From Synechococcus sp. A15-24 (GTDB lineage Bacteria > Cyanobacteriota > Cyanobacteriia > PCC-6307 > Cyanobiaceae): DNA of 32,000 nucleotides. The stretch spans positions 1,830,001 to 1,862,000 of the forward strand of contig NZ_CP047960.1 in NCBI RefSeq assembly GCF_014280195.1, written 5' to 3'. Shown here piece after piece: positions 25,215 to 32,000 of the stretch. The position numbers and the translations under genes are program-made. How positions within the stretch are numbered: the stretch's first letter is position 1; every line of letters begins with the position of its first letter. A model generated the notes under the pieces. It ran no database searches and was not told the origin of the DNA. It saw nothing but the letters and a program-made list of their open reading frames with translations.

Positions 25215-25871
25215 ATGTCAATTGGCATTCTCGGGAAGAAGCTGGGCATGTCCCAGTTCTTCGACGAGCAGGGCAGAGCCGTCCCCGTCACCTTGATCGA
25301 GGCCGGTCCCTGCCGCATCACCCAACTCAAAAGCAGCGACATCGATGGCTACGCCGCGGTGCAGATCGGCTTTGGCGACACCCGCGAAAAGCTGATCAAC
25401 AAGCCTGCCAAGGGTCACCTCAACAAAACCGGTGAAACACTCCTCCGCCACCTGCGTGAATACCGCGTTGATGGCCTGGACGGTTTCGAATTGGGCGGAT
25501 CGATCACCGTCGGTGATTTCGAAGCCGGCCAGAAGGTTGATGTCAGCGGTGACACGATCGGCCGTGGTTTCTCCGGTTATCAGAAACGCCACGGTTTCAG
25601 CCGTGGACCGATGACCCACGGTTCCAAGAACCACCGCGAGCCCGGTTCGATCGGACCCGGCACCACACCTGGTCGCATCTACCCCGGCAAGCGCATGGCC
25701 GGTCGCTACGGCGGCAAGAAGATCACCACCCGCGGCCTGACCATCCTCAAGGTGGACAGCGAGCGCAACCTGCTTGTGGTGAAAGGGTCGGTCCCCGGCA
25801 AGCCGGGCGCCCTGCTGAACATCCGACCCGCCCTGCGGGTGGGTGCCAAGCCCGCCAAAGGAGGACAGTGA
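25215..25871 (+). CDS. rplC: 50S ribosomal protein L3
   Basis: [33 protein letters not shown]. The track ORF extends spuriously upstream to 24822. Confidence 0.97.
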   Translation: MSIGILGKKLGMSQFFDEQGRAVPVTLIEAGPCRITQLKSSDIDGYAAVQIGFGDTREKLINKPAKGHLNKTGETLLRHLREYRVDGLDGFELGGSITVGDFEAGQKVDVSGDTIGRGFSGYQKRHGFSRGPMTHGSKNHREPGSIGPGTTPGRIYPGKRMAGRYGGKKITTRGLTILKVDSERNLLVVKGSVPGKPGALLNIRPALRVGAKPAKGGQ

Positions 25872-26506
25872 TGGCTGACTGCGTGATTCGCGACTGGCAG
25901 GGGAAGGAAGCCGGCAAGGCGACCCTCGATCTGAAAGTGGCCAAGGAGACCACGGCCAACGACCTGATGCACCGTGCGGTTCTGCGCCAGCAGGCCCACG
26001 CCCGTCAGGGAACCGCTTCCACCCTCACCCGATCCGAGGTGCGTGGTGGTGGCCGCAAGCCTTACAAGCAGAAGGGAACCGGCCGAGCCCGTCAGGGTTC
26101 GATCCGCACACCTCTGCGCCCCGGCGGCGGCATCGTCTTCGGGCCGAAGCCCCGCACTTACAACCTTGCGATGAACCGCAAGGAACGTCGTCTGGCCCTG
26201 CGCACCGCGCTGATGGCCCGCGTTGAAGACGTGACGGTGGTGAAGGACTTCGGCACGAGCCTCGAAGCCCCCAAGACCAAGGAGATCACGGACGCCCTCG
26301 GCCGGCTTGGCATCGCTGCCGACGCCAAGGTGCTGATTGTGCTCACCGAGCCTTCCGATGTGGTGCGCCGCTCCGTGCGCAACCTCGAAAAGGTGAAGCT
26401 GATCGCCGCCAATCAGCTCAACGTCTTCGATCTACTCCACGCCAACGCCTTGGTGCTCGGCGAGGACGCCCTTGCAACCATCCAGGAGGTCTACGGCGAT
26501 GACTGA
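25868..26506 (+). CDS. rplD: 50S ribosomal protein L4
   Basis: [34 protein letters not shown]. Start is GTG 25868 or ATG 25871, overlapping the rplC stop. Confidence 0.96.
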   Translation: MMADCVIRDWQGKEAGKATLDLKVAKETTANDLMHRAVLRQQAHARQGTASTLTRSEVRGGGRKPYKQKGTGRARQGSIRTPLRPGGGIVFGPKPRTYNLAMNRKERRLALRTALMARVEDVTVVKDFGTSLEAPKTKEITDALGRLGIAADAKVLIVLTEPSDVVRRSVRNLEKVKLIAANQLNVFDLLHANALVLGEDALATIQEVYGDD

Positions 26507-26801
26507 GCGTTTCCAGGGCCGCCTGGCTGACGTGATCCGTCGGCCGCTGATCACCGAGAAGGCCACCCGGGCCCTCGAGTTCAACCAGTACACCTTCGAG
26601 GTGGACCACCGCGCCGCAAAACCCGACATCAAGGCCGCCATCGAGCAGCTCTTCGATGTGAAGGTGACCGGCATCAGCACCATGAATCCCCCCCGTCGCA
26701 CGCGTCGGATGGGTCGCTTCGCCGGCAAACGAGCCCAGGTGAAGAAAGCCGTGGTGCGCCTGGCGGAGGGCAACTCGATCCAACTCTTCCCTGAGTCCTG
26801 A
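26499..26801 (+). CDS. rplW: 50S ribosomal protein L23
   Basis: [28 protein letters not shown] 26499 overlaps the rplD end by 8 nt. Confidence 0.95.
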   Translation: MTERFQGRLADVIRRPLITEKATRALEFNQYTFEVDHRAAKPDIKAAIEQLFDVKVTGISTMNPPRRTRRMGRFAGKRAQVKKAVVRLAEGNSIQLFPES

Positions 26802-26816
26802 GGGGTCTGAATCGTC

Positions 26817-27680
26817 ATGGCAATCCGTAACTTCCGCCCCTACACCCCCGGTACCAGAACCCGGGTGGTCACCGACTTCAGTGAGGTCACCGGCCGCAAG
26901 CCGGAACGGTCCCTGGTGGTGTCCAAACACCGCCGCAAGGGCCGCAACAACCGTGGTGTGATCACCTGCCGCCATCGCGGTGGCGGTCACAAGCGGCTGT
27001 ACCGCGTGGTGGACTTCCGCCGTAACAAGCACGGCATCACCGCCAAGGTGGCTGCCATCCACTACGACCCCCATCGCAACGCCCGTCTGGCGCTGCTCTT
27101 CTACGCCGACGGCGAGAAGCGTTACATCCTTGCTCCGGCAGGGGTTCAGGTGGGTCAGACCGTGGTCTCCGGACCCGACGCCCCGATCGAGAACGGCAAC
27201 GCCATGCCGCTGTCGGCCGTGCCCCTGGGTTCCAGCGTTCACTGCGTTGAGCTCTATGCCGGCCGCGGTGGCCAGATGGTCCGCACCGCCGGTGCCAGCG
27301 CTCAGGTGATGGCCAAAGAAGGCGACTACGTCGCCCTCAAGCTGCCTTCCACCGAGGTGCGCCTGATCCGCCGTGAGTGCTACGCCACCCTCGGTGAAGT
27401 GGGCAACTCTGAAGTCCGCAACACCAGCCTTGGCAAGGCCGGTCGCCGCCGCTGGCTGGGGCGTCGTCCCCAGGTTCGAGGCAGTGTGATGAACCCCTGC
27501 GACCACCCCCACGGTGGTGGTGAGGGTCGGGCACCGATTGGCCGCTCCGGCCCGGTGACCCCTTGGGGCAAACCCGCCCTCGGTCTCAAGACCCGCAAGC
27601 GGAACAAGCCCAGCAACCGATACGTGCTCCGGAAGCGTCGCAAGACCTCCAAGCGGAGCCGTGGCGGACGCGATTCCTGA
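26817..27680 (+). CDS. rplB: 50S ribosomal protein L2
   Basis: [18 protein letters not shown] and [14 protein letters not shown]. Confidence 0.97.
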   Translation: MAIRNFRPYTPGTRTRVVTDFSEVTGRKPERSLVVSKHRRKGRNNRGVITCRHRGGGHKRLYRVVDFRRNKHGITAKVAAIHYDPHRNARLALLFYADGEKRYILAPAGVQVGQTVVSGPDAPIENGNAMPLSAVPLGSSVHCVELYAGRGGQMVRTAGASAQVMAKEGDYVALKLPSTEVRLIRRECYATLGEVGNSEVRNTSLGKAGRRRWLGRRPQVRGSVMNPCDHPHGGGEGRAPIGRSGPVTPWGKPALGLKTRKRNKPSNRYVLRKRRKTSKRSRGGRDS

Positions 27681-27715
27681 TGCCAACCATCGTTTTGCCG
27701 CTTGCTTAAACCGCT

Positions 27716-27991
27716 ATGGGACGTTCACTCAAAAAAGGTCCGTTTATTGCCGACAGCCTGCTTCGCAAGGTTGAAAAGCAGAACGACACCGACGACAAGT
27801 CCGTGATCAAGACCTGGTCTCGAGCCTCCACGATCCTGCCGATGATGATCGGCCACACAATTGCCGTTCACAACGGCAAGTCCCACGTGCCGGTGTTCAT
27901 CACCGAGCAGATGGTGGGTCACAAGCTGGGGGAGTTCGCTCCCACCCGCACCTTCAAGGGCCACATCAAAGACAAGAAAGGAGGCCGCTGA
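27716..27991 (+). CDS. rpsS: 30S ribosomal protein S19
   Basis: [16 protein letters not shown]...[26 protein letters not shown]. Confidence 0.97.
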   Translation: MGRSLKKGPFIADSLLRKVEKQNDTDDKSVIKTWSRASTILPMMIGHTIAVHNGKSHVPVFITEQMVGHKLGEFAPTRTFKGHIKDKKGGR

Positions 27992-27995
27992 CGCC

Positions 27996-28361
27996 ATGAC
28001 CACGTCATCCACCACGGCCCCGATTGCACAGGCCCACGGACGCTTCATCCGGGGCTCCGTGTCGAAGGTGCGCCGTGTTCTCGATCAGATCCGAGGTCGC
28101 ACCTACCGCGACGCCCTGGTCATGCTCGAGTTCATGCCGTATCGCTCCACCGGACCGATCACCAAGGTGCTCCGGTCCGCTGTGGCCAATGCCGAGCACA
28201 ACCTGGGTCTTGATCCCGCCTCTCTGGTGATCTCCAGTGCCAGTGCCGACATGGGACCGTCCATGAAGCGCTACCGCCCCCGGGCTCAGGGTCGCGCTTT
28301 CCAGATCAAGAAGCAGACCTGCCACATCAGCATTGCTGTGGCGGCTCAGCCCGATTCCTGA
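27996..28361 (+). CDS. rplV: 50S ribosomal protein L22
   Basis: [32 protein letters not shown] 27996. Confidence 0.95.
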   Translation: MTTSSTTAPIAQAHGRFIRGSVSKVRRVLDQIRGRTYRDALVMLEFMPYRSTGPITKVLRSAVANAEHNLGLDPASLVISSASADMGPSMKRYRPRAQGRAFQIKKQTCHISIAVAAQPDS

Positions 28362-28381
28362 CCCCCGAGGACTCTGACCCA

Positions 28382-29110
28382 ATGGGACACAAGATCAACC
28401 CAACCGGTCTGCGCCTGGGGATCACCCAGGAACACCGGTCTCGCTGGTACGCCTCCAGCAAGAGTTATCCGGCCCTCCTTCAGGAGGACGATCGGATTCG
28501 CAAGTTCATTCACAAGAAATACGGTTCTGCTGGCATCAGCGATGTGCTGATCGCCCGCAAGGCCGATCAGCTCGAGGTGGAGCTCAAAACCGCACGCCCC
28601 GGCGTGCTGGTGGGCCGCCAGGGCAGCGGAATCGAGGAACTCCGTTCCGGAATCCAGAAGACGGTCGGCGATCGGAACCGCCAGGTTCGGATCAATGTCG
28701 TCGAAGTGGAGCGCGTCGACGGTGACGCCTTCCTGCTGGCTGAGTACATCGCCCAGCAACTGGAAAAACGTGTGGCGTTCCGCCGCACCATCCGCATGGC
28801 CGTCCAGCGCGCCCAACGCGCTGGTGTTCTCGGCCTGAAGATCCAGGTGTCCGGCCGCCTCAACGGCGCCGAGATCGCCCGGACCGAGTGGACCCGAGAA
28901 GGTCGCGTTCCCCTGCACACCCTGCGGGCTGACATCGATTACGCCACCAAGGTGGCCAGCACGACCTACGGCGTGCTGGGCATCAAGGTGTGGGTCTTCA
29001 AGGGTGAAGTGCTGGGCGACGAAGCCCCGCAGATGCCGGTGGGGGCTTCCCCTCGCCGTCGGGCCAGCCGTCGGCCCCAACAGTTCGAAGACCGCTCCAA
29101 CGAGGGTTGA
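28382..29110 (+). CDS. rpsC: 30S ribosomal protein S3
   Basis: [24 protein letters not shown]. Confidence 0.97.
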   Translation: MGHKINPTGLRLGITQEHRSRWYASSKSYPALLQEDDRIRKFIHKKYGSAGISDVLIARKADQLEVELKTARPGVLVGRQGSGIEELRSGIQKTVGDRNRQVRINVVEVERVDGDAFLLAEYIAQQLEKRVAFRRTIRMAVQRAQRAGVLGLKIQVSGRLNGAEIARTEWTREGRVPLHTLRADIDYATKVASTTYGVLGIKVWVFKGEVLGDEAPQMPVGASPRRRASRRPQQFEDRSNEG

Positions 29111-29126
29111 ACAGGAGGCCTGAACC

Positions 29127-29603
29127 ATGCTGAGTCCAAAACGCGTCAAATTCCGGAAAATGCAGCGAGGCCGCATGCGCGGCGTCGCCACCCGGGGCAA
29201 CACCATCGCCTTCGGTGAATTCGCACTGCAGGCCCAGGAATGCGGCTGGATCACCTCGCGCCAGATCGAGGCCAGCCGTCGCGCCATGACCCGCTACGTC
29301 AAGCGTGGCGGCAAGATCTGGATCCGGATCTTCCCGGACAAATCGATCACCATGCGCGCCGCCGAAACCCGGATGGGTTCCGGTAAGGGCAACCCGGAAT
29401 TCTGGGTGGCAGTGATCAAGCCAGGTCGCATCCTCTTTGAGATGGGCGGTGCCGAAATCACCCCCGAAATCGCCAAGGAGGCCATGCGTCTGGCGCAGTA
29501 CAAGCTGCCCGTGAAGACCAAGTTCATCGCTCTTGATGAACAGCAGAAGCAATCGGCTGCGGAAGCGCCGGCTGCTGCTGAAGCCGTCAACGTGGAGTCC
29601 TGA
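29127..29603 (+). CDS. rplP: 50S ribosomal protein L16
   Basis: [19 protein letters not shown]. Confidence 0.97.
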   Translation: MLSPKRVKFRKMQRGRMRGVATRGNTIAFGEFALQAQECGWITSRQIEASRRAMTRYVKRGGKIWIRIFPDKSITMRAAETRMGSGKGNPEFWVAVIKPGRILFEMGGAEITPEIAKEAMRLAQYKLPVKTKFIALDEQQKQSAAEAPAAAEAVNVES

Positions 29604-29605
29604 CC

Positions 29606-29815
29606 ATGGCCCGTCCCAACGCCGCTGAGGTCCGCCAGCTGTCCGATGCGGACATAACTGAACAGATCGATGGTCTTCGCCGCGAACTGTTTCAGCTCCG
29701 CTTCCAGCAGGCCACCCGCCAGCTGGCCAACACGCACCGTTTCAAAGAGGTCCGCATCAAGCTGGCCCAGCTGATGACGGTGCAATCGGAGCGTCAGCGC
29801 TCCGCCGCGTCCTGA
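29606..29815 (+). CDS. rpmC: 50S ribosomal protein L29
   Basis: [17 protein letters not shown], plus position in the operon. Confidence 0.93.
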   Translation: MARPNAAEVRQLSDADITEQIDGLRRELFQLRFQQATRQLANTHRFKEVRIKLAQLMTVQSERQRSAAS

Positions 29816-29832
29816 TCCCCCTCTCTGTACCC

Positions 29833-30144
29833 ATGGCAGTCAAGGAAAGGGTCGGCACCGTCGTCAGCGACAAGATGGAAAAAACGGTGGTGGTGGCGGT
29901 GGAAAGCCGCTTCCCCCATCCCATCTATCAAAAGACGGTCAGCCGCACCACCCGTTACAAAGCCCACGACGAAGACAACTCCTGTCGCGTCGGAGACCGT
30001 GTTCGCATCACGGAAACCCGTCCGATGAGCCGGCACAAGCGCTGGACCATCGCCGAGGTCCTGAGCCACAGCCCGAAAGCTGACAAATCAGCCGAGAGCG
30101 CTGCTCCAGCACCTGAGGCTGCGGCCAAGGAGGTGAGCGAATGA
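29833..30144 (+). CDS. rpsQ: 30S ribosomal protein S17
   Basis: [20 protein letters not shown]...YKAHDE. Confidence 0.95.
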   Translation: MAVKERVGTVVSDKMEKTVVVAVESRFPHPIYQKTVSRTTRYKAHDEDNSCRVGDRVRITETRPMSRHKRWTIAEVLSHSPKADKSAESAAPAPEAAAKEVSE

Positions 30145-30506
30145 TCCAGCAGGAGAGCTATCTGAGCGTCGCCGACAACAGCGGCGCCAAGCGCATCCAG
30201 TGCATCCGTGTGCTGGGCACCAACCGTCGCTACGCCCACGTGGGCGATGTGATCGTTGCCGCCGTGAAGGACGCCATGCCCAACATGGGCGTGAAGAAGT
30301 CCGATGTGGTGAAAGCCGTGGTGGTTCGCACCAAGGCAACCCTTCGCCGCGACACCGGCAACTCCATCCGGTTCGACGACAACGCAGCGGTGATCATCAA
30401 CGCTGACAACAACCCCAAAGGCACCCGCGTCTTCGGACCGGTGGCCCGTGAATTGCGCGAGCGCAACTTCACGAAAATCGTGTCCCTCGCTCCGGAGGTG
30501 ATCTGA
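30141..30506 (+). CDS. rplN: 50S ribosomal protein L14
   Basis: [30 protein letters not shown] overlap with rpsQ. Confidence 0.97.
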   Translation: MIQQESYLSVADNSGAKRIQCIRVLGTNRRYAHVGDVIVAAVKDAMPNMGVKKSDVVKAVVVRTKATLRRDTGNSIRFDDNAAVIINADNNPKGTRVFGPVARELRERNFTKIVSLAPEVI

Positions 30507-30508
30507 CC

Positions 30509-30865
30509 ATGGCCACCGCAACCAGCAAGGCCAAGCCCAGCGATCGCATCAAGATGCGCATCCGCAAAGGCGACACCGTTCAGGTGATCGCCGGCAAGGA
30601 CAAGGGCAAGACCGGCGAGGTGCTGCGCACCCTGCCCAACGAGAACCGCGTGATCGTGGAAGGCGTCAACATGCGCACCCGCCACGAGAAGCCCACCCAG
30701 GAAGGTGAGACCGGACGCATCGTCAATGAGGAAGCATCCCTGCATGCCTCCAACGTGATGCTCTATTCCACCGCCAAGAAGGTGGCCAGCCGCGTCGAGA
30801 TCGTCGTCGAAAAGGACGGCAGCAAGAAGCGCAAGCTCAAGAAAACCGGTGAAGTCCTCGACTGA
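30509..30865 (+). CDS. rplX: 50S ribosomal protein L24
   Basis: [22 protein letters not shown]. Confidence 0.95.
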   Translation: MATATSKAKPSDRIKMRIRKGDTVQVIAGKDKGKTGEVLRTLPNENRVIVEGVNMRTRHEKPTQEGETGRIVNEEASLHASNVMLYSTAKKVASRVEIVVEKDGSKKRKLKKTGEVLD

Positions 30866-30906
30866 ACCCGACTTCTGACCAAGCCCAGAAGCACCCCACA
30901 TCCCCC

Positions 30907-31446
30907 ATGTCACTCAAGAAGCGCTATAGGGAGACCATTCAGCCCAAGCTGCAGAAGGATCTCTCCCTCACCAACATCCACGAAGTCCCCAAGGTGGTGA
31001 AAGTCACCGTCAACCGGGGCCTCGGCGAAGCCGCCGCCAACGCCAAGTCCCTTGAGGCCTCGGTGAACGAGCTGGCACAGATCACCGGCCAGAAAGTGGT
31101 CGTCACCCGTGCCAAGAAGGCAATCGCCGCCTTCAAAATTCGCCAGGGCATGCCGATCGGTTGTGCCGTCACCCTGCGCGGTGACCGGATGTATGCGTTC
31201 CTGGAGCGCCTGATCAACCTGGCGCTGCCCCGCATCCGCGACTTCCGCGGGGTGAGCCCGAAGAGCTTTGACGGGCGCGGCAACTACACCCTGGGGGTGC
31301 GGGAGCAGATCATTTTTCCTGAGATCTCCTTCGACAAGATCGATGCCATCCGTGGCATGGACATCACCATCGTGACCACCGCCCGTTCAGACGAAGAGGG
31401 CCGGGCCCTCCTCCGCGAGATGGGAATGCCGTTCCAGAGCAACTGA
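30907..31446 (+). CDS. rplE: 50S ribosomal protein L5
   Basis: [16 protein letters not shown]...[27 protein letters not shown]. Confidence 0.97.
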   Translation: MSLKKRYRETIQPKLQKDLSLTNIHEVPKVVKVTVNRGLGEAAANAKSLEASVNELAQITGQKVVVTRAKKAIAAFKIRQGMPIGCAVTLRGDRMYAFLERLINLALPRIRDFRGVSPKSFDGRGNYTLGVREQIIFPEISFDKIDAIRGMDITIVTTARSDEEGRALLREMGMPFQSN

Positions 31447-31465
31447 GCCCTCCCCGTCGACACCT

Positions 31466-31867
31466 ATGGCCAACCACGACCCAATTTCCGACATGCTCAC
31501 CCGCATTCGCAATGCGAGTGAGAAGCGTCACGAGACCACCAAGATCCCTGCATCCCGCATGACCCGCAGCATCGCCAAGGTGCTGCAGCAGGAGGGCTTC
31601 ATCTCCGAGATCAGCGAACAGGGCGAAGGCGTGCGCACCGAACTGGTGCTCTCCCTCAAGTACAGCGGCAAGCACCGGCTGCCCACCATCCGCTCCATGC
31701 AGCGGGTGAGCAAGCCAGGTCTGCGCATCTACAAGAACACCCGTGGCCTGCCCAAGGTCCTCGGCGGTCTTGGCGTTGCGATCATCTCCACCTCCAAAGG
31801 TGTGATGAGTGATCGCGATGCCCGCCGCGAGGGCGTCGGGGGCGAGGTGCTCTGTTACGTCTACTGA
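31466..31867 (+). CDS. rpsH: 30S ribosomal protein S8
   Basis: [19 protein letters not shown]. Confidence 0.96.
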   Translation: MANHDPISDMLTRIRNASEKRHETTKIPASRMTRSIAKVLQQEGFISEISEQGEGVRTELVLSLKYSGKHRLPTIRSMQRVSKPGLRIYKNTRGLPKVLGGLGVAIISTSKGVMSDRDARREGVGGEVLCYVY

Positions 31868-31881
31868 TCCGGAGCTCAACC

Positions 31882-32000
31882 ATGTCACGCATCGGCAAAA
31901 ATCCTGTTCCCGTACCCGACAAGGTGACCGTCTCCCTCGACGGCCTCACCGTGAAGGTCAAGGGACCGAAGGGCGAACTGGAACGCACCCTTCCTGATGG
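31882..32000 (+). CDS. rplF: 50S ribosomal protein L6, N-terminal fragment (continues past window end)
   Basis: ATG 31882 translates to [39 protein letters not shown]. It is missing from the ORF track because it is truncated. Confidence 0.9.
   Translation, partial: MSRIGKNPVPVPDKVTVSLDGLTVKVKGPKGELERTLPD

Noticed and set aside
25215-32000. Absence of rpsJ before rplC and of rpsN between rplE and rpsH, considered as a possible deletion or rearrangement
   Set aside because: This is the usual cyanobacterial arrangement: S10 is encoded with fusA/tufA and S14 is encoded elsewhere. Gene spacing here shows no scar.

Overview
The window is high-GC (about 60% by eye) with picocyanobacterial gene content (ndhN, ldpA, ycf45, CurT-like CAAD protein), most likely a marine Synechococcus-type chromosome. 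Core genes are densely packed: ppc (3' part), tRNA-Arg, recF, speH, a PP-loop ATPase, a two-domain cobO-like gene, moeB plus a JAMM protease, a fructosamine kinase, a CrtD-like oxidoreductase, tyrA, a degenerate DinG-like protein, recA with a LexA-box-like palindrome, a HAD hydrolase, tRNA-Gln, ycf45, ldpA, ndhN, and the ribosomal protein operon from rplC to rplF (rplF runs off the window). The main accessory feature is a low-GC (about 40% by eye) block of about 5.65 kb at 6271-11922. It sits inside the 3' end of the cobO-like gene and is bounded by a 46-bp direct repeat whose 7 differences are all synonymous. Both ends carry the same tandem AGTTTGTAC-N-AAGTTTG motif. The block contains a large tyrosine recombinase, a winged-helix gene preceded by four exactly 29-bp-phased iteron-like repeats with a fifth copy behind it, an AT-rich hairpin-dense non-coding stretch, a tRNA-like fragment with orphan terminators, three overlapping small ORFs of unknown function, and an LRR-(PT linker)-RTX cargo protein. 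I read this as a compact integrative, possibly self-replicating, element targeting a protein-coding gene. This rests on reading the sequence only. No database search, HMM, folding or GC computation was run.
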